A stretch of 64,000 bases of DNA from Monocercomonoides exilis PA203. Its lineage: Eukaryota; Protista; Preaxostyla. Location: positions 1 through 64,000 of the forward strand of contig LSRY02000015.1 of NCBI GenBank assembly GCA_001643675.2. Direction: 5' to 3'. Each line of letters starts with the position of its first letter. Position 1 is the stretch's first letter. Both the position numbers and the translations under genes were made by a program. The notes below the pieces were generated by a model. That model was not told the DNA's origin, did no database searches, and saw only the letters and a list, made by a program, of their open reading frames with translations. This document shows, piece after piece, positions 1-12,700 of the stretch.

Positions 1-2354
1 CCCTAACCCTAACCCTAACCCTAACCCTAACCCTAACCCTAACCCTAACCCTAACCCTAACCCTAACCCCAACCCTAACCCTAACCCTAACCCTAACCCT
101 AACCCTAACCCTAACCCTAACCCTAACCCTAACCCTAACCCCAACCCAAACCTAACCCTAACCCCTAACCCTAACCCTAACCCTAACCCTAACCCTAACC
201 CTAACCCTAACCCTAACCTAACCCTAACCCTAACCCTAACCCTAACCCTAACCCCAACCCTAACCCTAACCCTAACCCTAACCCCAACCCTAACCCTAAC
301 CCTAACCCTAACCCTAACCCTAACCCTAACCCTAACCCTAACCCTAACCCTAACCCTAACCCTAACCCCTAACCCCTAACCCTAACCCTAACCCTAACCC
401 TAACCCTAACCCTAACCCTAACCCTAACCCTAACCCTAACCCTAACCTAACCCTAACCCTAACCCTAACCCTAACCCTAACCCTAACCCTAACCCTAACC
501 CTAACCCTAACCCTAACCCTAACCCTAACCCTAACCCTAACCCTAACCCTAACCCTAACCCTAACCCTAACCCTAACCCTAACCCTAACCCTAACCCTAA
601 CCCTAACCCCTAACCCTAACCCTAACCCTAACCCTAACCCTAACCCTAACCCTAACCCTAACCCTAACCCTAACCCTAACCCTAACCCTAACCCTAACCC
701 TAACCTAACCCTAACCCTAACCCTAACCCTAACCCTAACCCTAACCCCAACCCTAACCCTAACCCTAACCCCAACCCTAACCCTAACCCTAACCCTAACC
801 CTAACCCTAACCCTAACCCTAACCCTAACCCTAACCCTAACCCTAACCTAACCCTAACCCTAACCCTAACCCTAACCCTAACCCTAACCCTAACCCCTAA
901 CCCTAACCCTAACCCTAACCCTAACCCTAACCCTAACCCTAACCCTAACCCTAACCCTAACCCTAACCCTAACCCTAACCCTAACCCTAACCCTAACCCT
1001 AACCCTAACCCTAACCCTAACCTAACCCTAACCCTAACCCTAACCCTAACCCTAACCCTAACCCTAACCCTAACCCTAACCCTAACCCTAACCCTAACCC
1101 TAACCCTAACCCTAACCCTAACCCTAACCCTAACCTAACCTAACCCTAACCCTAACCCTAACCCTAACCCTAACCCTAACCCTAACCCTAACCCTAACCC
1201 TAACCCTAACCCTAACCCTAACCCTAACCCTAACCCTAACCCTAACCCTAACCCTAACCCCTAACCCCTAACCCTAACCCTAACCCTAACCCTAACCCTA
1301 ACCCTAACCCTAACCCCTAACCCTAACCCTAACCCTAACCCTAACCCTAACCCTAACCCTAACCCTAACCCTAACCCTAACCCTAACCCTAACCCTAACC
1401 CTAACCCTAACCCTAACCCTAACCCTAACCCTAACCCTAACCCTAACCCTAACCCTAACCCTAACCCCTAACCCTAACCCTAACCCTAACCCCTAACCCT
1501 AACCCTAACCCTAACCCTAACCCTAACCCTAACCCTAACCCTAACCCTAACCCCTAACCCTAACCCTAACCCCTAACCCTAACCCTAACCCTAACCCTAA
1601 CCCTAACCCTAACCCTAACCCTAACCCTAACCCTAACCCTAACCCTAACCCTAACCCTAACCCTAACCCTAACCCTAACCCTAACCCTAACCCTAACCCT
1701 AACCCCTAACCCTAACCCTAACCCTAACCCTAACCCTAACCCTAACCCTAACCCTAACCCTAACCCTAACCCTAACCCTAACCCCTAACCCTAACCCTAA
1801 CCCTAACCCTAACCTAACCCTAACCCTAACCCTAACCCTAACCCTAACCCCTAACCCTAACCCCTAACCCTAACCCTAACCCTAACCCTAACCCTAACCC
1901 TAACCCTAACCCTAACCCCTAACCCCTAACCCTAACCCTAACCTAACCCTAACCCTAACCCTAACCCTAACCCTAACCCTAACCCTAACCCTAACCCTAA
2001 CCCCAACCCTAACCCTAACCCTAACCCTAACCCTAACCCTAACCCTAACCCCAACCCCTAACCCTAACCCTAACCCCTAACCCTAACCTTAACTCTAACT
2101 CCCTAACCTCCACCTAACCCTAACCCTAACCCTAACCCTAACCCTAACCCTAACCTCCTACCCTAACCTAACCCTAACCCTAACCCTAACCCTAACTTCT
2201 AATAACTCCATCTCCAACCTCTAACCTAACCCTAACCCTAACCTAACCCAACCCTAACCCTAACCCCTAACCCTAACCCTAACCCTAACCTAACCCTAAC
2301 CCTAACCCTAAACCTAACCTAACTTAACCCTAACCTAACCCTAACCCAACCTAG
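1..2354 (+). repeat. Telomeric repeat array (CCCTAA)n, i.e. TTAGGG type; left chromosome end
   Basis: Continuous CCCTAA hexamers from base 1, with scattered CCTAA/CCCCTAA/CCCCAA variants and a noisier last ~250 bp. Joins the satellite via ...CCTAG|TTTCAGAGGG at 2355. Confidence 0.99.
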
Positions 2355-5300
2355 TTTCAGAGGGAAAAGACCTTCCCACCCAAAATACTAACCTCAAAAC
2401 ACCCTAACCCTGTGAGAATGGGGGAACCCTGACCCTGAGGGCGTTGCAACTCTAACCCTAACGAGCTGGAAGGAACGCGCTGCGCGCCTCTCCCTAGGCC
2501 TTTCCAGTCATTTCACTGAAATAACCGAATTTTCTTTGTTTTTTTTGCGGGCGGAGGGCGCGGTGAAGTGGTGTGGCCTAACCGGCACAGGAGCCAGGGA
2601 GCTATTCACACGAATTTTGTAATTTTTATCGAAAGAAAGATATCACAAGATTTGTGTTGAGTGATATTTCGGGTGAGAGGGCCCTTCTCAGAGGAAAGAC
2701 CTTCCACCCAAAAATATCAATGAAATACCTAAAACAATTACAAAGTGTGTGAGAATGGGGGAGAGTGTGATGGGAGGGCGTTGCAAGGCGCTCCCCACGC
2801 TCGACGAGCCGGAAGGAACGCTGCGCGCTGCCCTAGGCCTTTTCCAGTCATTTCACTGAAATAACCGAATTTTCTTTTTTGTTTTTTTTTTTGCGGGGCG
2901 GGGAGGGCGCAGGTGGTGGTGGCTCAGCTGTGCAGGCCACAGGAGCCAGGGAGCTATTCACACGAATTTTGTAATTTTTATCGAAAGAAAAGATATCACA
3001 AGATTTGGTGTTGAGTGATATTTCGGGTGAGAGGGCCCTTTCAGAGGGAAAGACCTTCCACCCAAAATATTTAATGAAATATTTCTCAAAACAATGTAAA
3101 AGTGTGTGAGAATGGGGGAGAGTGTGATGGAGGGCGTTGCAAGGCGCTCCCCACGCTCGACGAGCCGGAAGGAACGCGCTGCGCGCTGCCCTAGGCCTTT
3201 TCCAGTCATTTCACTGAAATAACCGAATTTTTCTTTGTTTTTTTTTTGCGGGGCGGGGAGGGCGCGGTGAGGTGGTGTGGCTCGCTGTGCAGGCCACAGG
3301 AGCCAGGGAGCTATTCACACGAATTTTGTAATTTTTATCGAAAGAAAAGATATCACAAGATTTGGTGTTGAGTGATATTTCGGGTGAGAGGGCCCTTTCA
3401 GAGGGAAAAGACCTTCCCAACGCAAAATATCAATGAAATATTTCTCAAAACAATTACAAAGTGTGTGAGAATGGGGGAGAGTGTGATGGAGGGCGTTGCA
3501 AGGCGCTCCCACGCTCGACGAGCTGAAGGAACGCGCTGCGCGCTGCCCTAGCTCTTCAGTCATTTCACTGAAATAACCGAATTTTCTTTGTTTTTTTTTT
3601 TTGCGGGGCGGGGAGGGCGCAGAGTGTGTGGCCTGCTGTGCAGGCCACAGGAGCCAGGGAGCTATTCACACGAATTTTGTAATTTTTATCGAAAGAAAAG
3701 ATATCACAAGATTTGGTGTTGAGTGATATTTCGGGTGAGAGGGCCCTTTCAGAGGAAAGACCTTCACCCAAAAATATCAATGAAATATTTCTCAAAACAA
3801 TTACAAAGTGTGTGAGAATGGGGAGAGTGTGATGGGAGGGCGTTGCAAGGCGCTCCCCACGCTCGACGAGCTGGAAGGAACGAAGCCTGGCGCTGCCCTA
3901 GCTCTTTCCAGTCATTTCAATGAAATAACCGAATTTTCTTTGTTTTTTTTTTTGCGGGGCGGGGAGGGCGCGGTGATGGTGGCTCGCTGTGCAGGCCACA
4001 GGAGCCAGGGAGCTATTCACACGAATTTTGTAATTTTTATCGAAAGAAAAGATATCACAAGATTTGGTGTTGAGGATATTTCGGGTGAGAGGTTCTCAGA
4101 GGAAAAGACCTTCCCACCCAAAAATATCACGAAATATTTCTCAAAACAATTGCAAAGTGTGTGAGAATGGGGGAGAGTGATGGAGTGGCGTTGCAAGGCG
4201 CTCCCCACGCTCGACGAGCCGGAAGGAACGCGCTGCGCGCTGCCCTAGGCCTTTTCCAGTCATTTCACTGAAATAACCGAATTTTCTTTGTTTTTTTTTT
4301 TGCGGGGCGGGGAGGGCGCGTGAGTGGTGTGGCCTGCTGTGCAGGCCACAGGAGCCAGGGAGCTATTCACACGAATTTTGTAATTTTTATCGAAAGAAAA
4401 GATATCACAAGATTTGGTGTTGAGTGATATTTCGGGTGAGAGGGCCCTTTCAGAGGGAAAAGACCTTCCCACCCAAAAATATCAATGAAATATTTCTCAA
4501 AACCACTACAAAGTGTGTGAGAATGGGGAGAGTGTGATGGGAGGGCGTTGCAAGGCTATGCTCCCCACGCTCGACGAGCTGGAAGGAACGCTGCGCGCTG
4601 CCCTAGGCTCTTTCCAGTCATTTCACTGAAATAACCGAATTTTCTTTGTTTTTTTTTTTTGCGGGCGGAGGGCGTGGTGATGGTGTGGCCTGCTGTGCAG
4701 GCCACAGGAGCCAGGGAGCTATTCACACGAATTTTGTAATTTTTATCGAAAGAAAAGATATCACAGATTTGGTGTTGAGTGATATTTCGGGTGAGAGGCC
4801 CTCAGAGAGAAAGACCTTCTCACCCAAAATATCAATGAAATATTTCTCAAAACAATTACAAAGTGTGTGAGAATGGGGAGAGTGTGATGGAGGGCGTTGC
4901 AAGGCGCTCCCCACGCTCGACGAGCCGGAAGGAACGCGCTGCGCGCTGCCCTAGGCCTTTTCCAGTCATTTCACTGAAATAAACCGAATTTTCTTTGTTT
5001 TTTTGCGGGCGGAGGGCGCGGTAGAGTGGTGTTCACGCAGGCCACAGGAGCCAGGGAGCTATTCACCGAATTTTGTAATTTTTATCGAAAGAAAAGATAA
5101 TGTTGAGTGATATTTCGGGTGAGAGGGCCCTTTCAGAGGGAAAAGACCTTCCCACCCAAAAATATCAATGAAATATTTCTCAAAACAATTACAAAGTGTG
5201 TGAGAATGGGGAGAGTGTGATGGAGGGCGTTGCAAGGCGCTCCCCACGCTCGACGAGCCGGAAGGAACGCTGCGCGCTGCCCTAGGCTGGCCTTTCCAGT

Positions 5301-8300
5301 CATTTCACTGAAATAACCGAATTTTTCTTTGTTTTTTTTTTGCGGGGCGGGGAGGGCGCGGTGAGTGGTGTGGCCTGCTGTGCAGGCCACAGGAGCCAGG
5401 GAGCTATTCACACGAATTTTGTAATTTTTATCGAAAGAAAAGATATCACAAGATTTGGTGTTGAGTGATATTTCGGGTGAGAGGGCCCTTTCAGAGGGAA
5501 AAGACCTTCCCACCCAAAAATATCAATGAAATATTTCTCAAAACAATTACAAAGTGTGTGAGAATGGGGAGAGTGTGATGGAGGGCGTTGCAAGGCGCTC
5601 CCCACGCTCGACGAGCCGGAAGGAACGCTGCGCGCTGCCCTAGGCCTTTTCCAGTCATTTCACTGAAATAACCGAATTTTCTTTGTTTTTTTTTTTTTGC
5701 GGGGCGGGGAGGGCGCGGTGAGTGGTGTGGCCTGCTGTGCAGGCCACAGGAGCCAGGGAGCTATTCACACGAATTTTGTAATTTTTATCGAAAGAAAAGA
5801 TATCACAAGATTTGGTGTTGAGTGATATTTCGGGTGAGAGGGCCCTTTCAGAGGGAAAAGACCTTCCCACCCAAAAATATCAATGAAATATTTCAAAACA
5901 ATTACAAAGTGTGTGAGAATGGGGGAGAGTGTGATGGGAGGGCGTTGCAAGGCGCTCCCCACTCTCGACGAGCCGGAAGGAACGCGCTGCGCGCTGCCCT
6001 AGGCCTTTTCCAGTCATTTCACTGAAATAACCGAATTTTCTTTGTTTTTTTTTTGCGGGGCGGGAGGGCGCGGTGGAGTGGTGTGGCCTGCTGTGCAGGC
6101 CACAGGAGCCAGGGAGCTATTCACACGAATTTTGTAATTTTTATCGAAAGAAAAGATTGACAAGATTTGTGTTGAGTGATATTTCGGGTGAGAGGGCCCT
6201 TTCAGAGGGAAAGACCTTCCCACCCAAAAATATCAATGAAATATTTCTCAAAACAATTACAAAGTGTGTGAGAATGGGGGAGAGTGTGATGGGAGGGCGT
6301 TGCAAGGCGCTCCCCACGCTCTCGAGCCGGAAGGAACGCTGCGCGCTGCCCTAGGCCTTTTCCAGTCATTTCACTGAAATAACCGAATTTTCTTTGTTTT
6401 TTTTTGCGGGGCGGAGGGCGCGTTAGGAGGTGGTGGCCTGCTGTGCAGGCCACAGGAGCCAGGGAGCTATTCACACGAATTTTGTAATTTTTATCGAAAG
6501 AAAAGATATCACAAGATTTGGTGTTGAGTGATATTTCGGGTGAGAGGGCCCTTTCAGAGAGGGAAAAGACCTTCCCACCCAAAAATATCAATGAAATATT
6601 TCTCAAAACAATTACAAAGTGTGTGAGAATGGGGGAGAGTGTGATGGGAGGGCGTTGCAAGGCGCTCCCCACGCTCGACGAGCCGGAAGGAACGCTGCGC
6701 GCTGCCCTAGGCCTTTTCCAGTCATTTCACTGAAATAACCGAATTTTCTTTGTTTTTTTTTTTTTGCGGGGCGGGGAGGGCGCGGTGGGAGTGTGGCCTG
6801 CTGTGCAGGCCACAGGAGCCAGGGAGCTATTCACACGAATTTTGTAATTTTTATCGAAAGAAAAGATATCACAAGATTTGGTGTTGAGTGATATTTCGGG
6901 TGAGAGGGCCCTTTCAGAGGGAAAAGACCTTCCCACCCAAAAATATCAATGAAATATTTCTCAAAACAATTACAAAGTGTGTGAGAATGGGGGAGAGTGT
7001 GATGGGAGGGCGTTGCAAGGCGCTCCCCACGCTCGACGAGCCGGAAGGAACGCGCTGCGCTGCCCTAGGCCTTTTCCAGTCATTTCACTGAAATAACCGA
7101 ATTTTCTTTGTTTTTTTTTTTTGCGGGGCGGGAGGGCGCGGTGAGTGGTGGCCTGCTGTGCAGGCCACAGGAGCCAGGGAGCTATTCACACGAATTTTGT
7201 AATTTTTATCGAAAGAAAAGATATCACAAGATTTGTGTTGAGTGATATTTCGGTGAGAGGGCCCTTTCAGAGGGAAAAGACCTTCCCACCCAAAAATATC
7301 AATGAAATATTTCTCAAAACAATTACAAAGTGTGTGAGAATGGGGGAGAGTGTGATGGAGGGCGTTGCGGGGCGCTCCCCACGCTCGACGAGCCGGAAGG
7401 AACGCTGCGCGCTGCCCTAGGCCTTTTCCAGTCATTTCACTGAAATAACCGAATTTTCTTTGTTTTTTTTTGCGGGGCGGGGAGGGCGCGGTGAGTGGTG
7501 TGGCCTGCTGTGCAGGCCACAGGAGCCAGGGAGCTATTCACACGAATTTTGTAATTTTTATCGAAAGAAAAGATATCACAAGATTTGGTGTTGAGTGATA
7601 TTTCGGGTGAGAGGGCCCTTTCAGAGGGAAAAGACCTTCCCACCCAAAAATATCAATGAAATATTTCTCAAAACAATTACAAAGTGTGTGAGAATGGGGG
7701 AGAGTGTGATGGGAGGGCGTTGCAAGGCGCTCCCCACGCTCGACGAGCCGGAAGGAACGCTGCGCGCTGCCCTAGGCCTTTTCCAGTCATTTCACTGAAA
7801 TAACCGAATTTTCTTTGTTTTTTTTTTGCGGGGCGGGGAGGGCGCGGTGAGTGGTGTGGCCTGCTGTGCAGGCCACAGGAGCCAGGGAGCTATTCACACG
7901 AATTTTGTAATTTTTATCGAAAGAAAAGATATCACAAGATTTGTGTTGAGTGATATTTCGGGTGAGAGGGCCCTTTCAGAGGGAAAAGACCTTCCCACCC
8001 AAAAATATCAATGAAATATTTCTCAAAAACACCACAAAGTGTGTGAGAATGGGGGAGAGTGTGATGGGAGGGCGTTGCAAGGCGCTCCCCACGCTCGACG
8101 AGCCGGAAGGAACGCGCTGCGCGCTGCCCTAGGCCTTTTCCAGTCATTTCACTGAAATAACCGAATTTTCTTTGTTTTTTTTTGCGGGGCGGGGAGGGCG
8201 CGGTGAGTGGTGTGGCCTGCTGTGCAGGCCACAGGAGCCAGGGAGCTATTCACACGAATTTTGTAATTTTTATCGAAAGAAAAGATATCACAAGATTTGG

Positions 8301-8500
8301 TGTTGAGTGATATTTCGGGTGAGAGGGCCCTTTCAGAGGGAAAAGACCTTCCCACCCAAAAATATCAATGAAATATTTCTCAAAACAATTACAAAGTGTG
8401 TGAGAATGGGGAGAGTGTGATGGGAGGGCGTTGCAAGGCGCTCCCCACGCTCGACGAGCCGGAAGGAACGCGCTGCGCGCTGCCCTAGGCCTTTTCCAGT
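2355..8500. repeat. Distal block of ~359-bp subtelomeric tandem repeat (about 17 units, noisier consensus)
   Basis: Same unit as the main array (landmarks GCTCGACGAGC, a T-run, TGTGGCCTGCTGTGCAGGCCACA). More indels and substitutions toward the telomere, and the first unit carries CCCTAA patches. Confidence 0.95.
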
Positions 8501-9743
8501 CAACCCTCACTGAAATAACCGAATTTTCTTAACCCTAACCCTAACCCTAACCCTGGGAGGGCGCGGTGGTGTGGCCTGCTGTGCAGGCCACCCTAACCAA
8601 CCCTAGCTATTTACACTAACCCTAACCCTAACCCTAACCCTATCACAACCCTTGGTGTTGAGTGATATTTCTGAGAGGGCCTTTCAGAGGGAAAGACCTT
8701 CCCTACCCAAACCCTAACCCTAAATATTTCCCAAAACCTAACAAAGTGTGTGAGAATGGGGGAGAGTAACCCTAACCCGTTGCAAGGCGCTAACCCACCC
8801 TAACGAGCCCTAACCCTAACCCTGCGCGCTGCCCTAGGCCTTTTCCAGTCATTCCCTAACCCTAACCGAATTTTCTTTAACCCTAACCCCGGGGAGGGCG
8901 CCCTAACCCTAACCCTAACTGTGCAGGCCACAGGAGCCAGGGACCTAACCACCCTAACCCCTAATTTTTATCGAAAAAAAGATATCACAAGATTTGGTGT
9001 TAACCCTAATATTTCGGGTGAGAACCCTTTCAGAGGAAAAGACCTTCCCACCCAAAAATATCAATGAAATAACCCTAACAAAACTTACCTAACCCTAAGA
9101 ACCCTAACCCTAACCCTAACCCTAACCCTAAGGCGCTCCCCACTCTACGAGCCGGAACCCTAACCCTAACCCTAACTGCCCTAGGCCTTTTCCTAGTCAA
9201 TTTCCCTAACCCTAACCGAATTTTCTTTGTTTTTTTTTAACCCTAAGGGCGCTAACCCTAACCTGGCCTGCTGTGCAACCCTAACCCTAACCCTAACCCT
9301 AACCCTAACCCTAACCCTAACCCCTAACCCTAACCCTAACCCTAACCCTAACCCTAACCCTAACCCTAACCCTAACCCCTAACCCTAAACCCTAACCTAA
9401 CCCTAACCCTAACCCTAACCCTAAATAACAACCTAACCCCTAACCCAAAACAACCCTACTAACCCTAACCTAATAACCCTAACCCTAACCCTAACCCTAA
9501 CCCTAACCCTAACCCTAACCCTAACCTAACCCTAACCCTAACCCTAACCCTAACCCTAACCCTAACCCTAACCCTAACCCTAAATAACCTAACCTTCCTT
9601 AACCCCTAACCCTAACCCTAACCTAACCCTAACCCTAACCCTAACCCTAACCCCTAACCCTAACCTAACCACACTAACCCTGTAACCCTAACCGAAAGAA
9701 AACCTAACCCTAACCTAACCCTAATAACCCTAACCTAACCTAG
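8501..9743 (+). repeat. Interleaved satellite/telomere mosaic grading into a second (CCCTAA)n block; probable assembly or polishing chimera
   Basis: Satellite segments stay roughly in register while short stretches are replaced by CCCTAA. Nearly pure telomere repeat from ~9280 to 9743. Ends in the same CCTAG|TTTCAGAGGG junction as at 2355. Confidence 0.85.
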
Positions 9744-12700
9744 TTTCAGAGGGAAAAGACCTTCCCACCCAAAAATATCAATGAAATATTTCTCAAAACA
9801 ATTACAAAGTGTGTGAGAATGGGGGAGAGTGTGATGGGAGGGCGTTGCAAGGCGCTCCCCACGCTCGACGAGCCGGAAGGAACGCGCTGCGCGCTGCCCT
9901 AGGCCTTTTCCAGTCATTTCACTGAAATAACCGAATTTTCTTTGTTTTTTTTTTTTGCGGGGCGGGAGGGCGCGGTGAGTGGTGTGGCCTGCTGTGCAGG
10001 CCACAGGAGCCAGGGAGCTATTCACACGAATTTTGTAATTTTTATCGAAAGAAAAGATATCACAAGATTTGGTGTTGAGTGATATTTCGGGTGAGAGGGC
10101 CCTTTCAGAGGGAAAAGACCTTCCCACCCAAAAATATCAATGAAATATTTCTCAAAACAATTACAAAGTGTGTGAGAATGGGGGAGAGTGTGATGGGAGG
10201 GCGTTGCAAGGCGCTCCCCACGCTCGACGAGCCGGAAGGAACGCGCTGCGCGCTGCCCTAGGCCTTTTCCAGTCATTTCACTGAAATAACCGAATTTTCT
10301 TTGTTTTTTTTTTTTGCGGGGCGGGGAGGGCGCGGTGAGTGGTGTGGCCTGCTGTGCAGGCCACAGGAGCCAGGGAGCTATTCACACGAATTTTGTAATT
10401 TTTATCGAAAGAAAAGATATCACAAGATTTGGTGTTGAGTGATATTTCGGGTGAGAGGGCCCTTTCAGAGGGAAAAGACCTTCCCACCCAAAAATATCAA
10501 TGAAATATTTCTCAAAACAATTACAAAGTGTGTGAGAATGGGGGAGAGTGTGATGGGAGGGCGTTGCAAGGCGCTCCCCACGCTCGACGAGCCGGAAGGA
10601 ACGCGCTGCGCGCTGCCCTAGGCCTTTTCCAGTCATTTCACTGAAATAACCGAATTTTCTTTGTTTTTTTTTTGCGGGGCGGGGAGGGCGCGGTGAGTGG
10701 TGTGGCCTGCTGTGCAGGCCACAGGAGCCAGGGAGCTATTCACACGAATTTTGTAATTTTTATCGAAAGAAAAGATATCACAAGATTTGGTGTTGAGTGA
10801 TATTTCGGGTGAGAGGGCCCTTTCAGAGGGAAAAGACCTTCCCACCCAAAAATATCAATGAAATATTTCTCAAAACAATTACAAAGTGTGTGAGAATGGG
10901 GGAGAGTGTGATGGGAGGGCGTTGCAAGGCGCTCCCCACGCTCGACGAGCCGGAAGGAACGCTGCGCGCTGCCCTAGGCCTTTTCCAGTCATTTCACTGA
11001 AATAACCGAATTTTCTTTTGTTTTTTTTTTTTTTGCGGGGCGGGGAGGGCGCGGTGAGTGGTGTGGCCTGCTGTGCAGGCCACAGGAGCCAGGGAGCTAT
11101 TCACACGAATTTTGTAATTTTTATCGAAAGAAAAGATATCACAAGATTTGGTGTTGAGTGATATTTCGGGTGAGAGGGCCCTTTCAGAGGGAAAAGACCT
11201 TCCCACCCAAAAATATCAATGAAATATTTCTCAAAACAATTACAAAGTGTGTGAGAATGGGGGAGAGTGTGATGGGAGGGCGTTGCAAGGCGCTCCCCAC
11301 GCTCGACGAGCCGGAAGGAACGCTGCGCGCTGCCCTAGGCCTTTTCCAGTCATTTCACTGAAATAACCGAATTTTCTTTGTTTTTTTTTTTTTCGGGGCG
11401 GGGAGGGCGCGGTGAGTGGTGTGGCCTGCTGTGCAGGCCACAGGAGCCAGGGAGCTATTCACACGAATTTTGTAATTTTTATCGAAAGAAAAGATATCAC
11501 AAGATTTGGTGTTGAGTGATATTTCGGGTGAGAGGGCCCTTTCAGAGGGAAAAGACCTTCCCACCCAAAAATATCAATGAAATATTTCTCAAAACAATTA
11601 CAAAGTGTGTGAGAATGGGGAGAGTGTGATGGGAGGGCGTTGCAAGGCGCTCCCCACGCTCGACGAGCCGGAAGGAACGCTGCGCGCTGCCCTAGGCCTT
11701 TTCCAGTCATTTCACTGAAATAACCGAATTTTCTTTGTTTTTTTTTTTGCGGGGCGGGGAGGGCGCGGTGAGTGGTGTGGCCTGCTGTGCAGGCCACAGG
11801 AGCCAGGGAGCTATTCACACGAATTTTGTAATTTTTATCGAAAGAAAAGATATCACAAGATTTGGTGTTGAGTGATATTTCGGGTGAGAGGGCCCTTTCA
11901 GAGGGAAAAGACCTTCCCACCCAAAAATATCAATGAAATATTTCTCAAAACAATTACAAAGTGTGTGAGAATGGGGGAGAGTGTGATGGGAGGGCGTTGC
12001 AAGGCGCTCCCCACGCTCGACGAGCCGGAAGGAACGCGCTGCGCGCTGCCCTAGGCCTTTTCCAGTCATTTCACTGAAATAACCGAATTTTCTTTGTTTT
12101 TTTTTTTTGCGGGGCGGGGAGGGCGCGGTGAGTGGTGTGGCCTGCTGTGCAGGCCACAGGAGCCAGGGAGCTATTCACACGAATTTTGTAATTTTTATCG
12201 AAAGAAAAGATATCACAAGATTTGGTGTTGAGTGATATTTCGGGTGAGAGGGCCCTTTCAGAGGGAAAAGACCTTCCCACCCAAAAATATCAATGAAATA
12301 TTTCTCAAAACAATTACAAAGTGTGTGAGAATGGGGGAGAGTGTGATGGGAGGGCGTTGCAAGGCGCTCCCCACGCTCGACGAGCCGGAAGGAACGCGCT
12401 GCGCGCTGCCCTAGGCCTTTTCCAGTCATTTCACTGAAATAACCGAATTTTCTTTGTTTTTTTTTTTTTGCGGGGCGGGGAGGGCGCGGTGAGTGGTGTG
12501 GCCTGCTGTGCAGGCCACAGGAGCCAGGGAGCTATTCACACGAATTTTGTAATTTTTATCGAAAGAAAAGATATCACAAGATTTGGTGTTGAGTGATATT
12601 TCGGGTGAGAGGGCCCTTTCAGAGGGAAAAGACCTTCCCACCCAAAAATATCAATGAAATATTTCTCAAAACAATTACAAAGTGTGTGAGAATGGGGAGA

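Noticed and set aside
1-2354. Variant telomeric repeats as evidence of an imprecise telomerase
   Set aside because: The variants are mostly +/-1 C in the homopolymer, which cannot be distinguished from long-read error without raw data.
10316-10400. Spliced-leader RNA-like arrangement (GTGAGT donor, hairpin, AATTTTG Sm-like site) in each unit
   Set aside because: The motifs are short. The implied exon is G-rich and directly follows the T-run, unlike known SL exons, and there is no other support.
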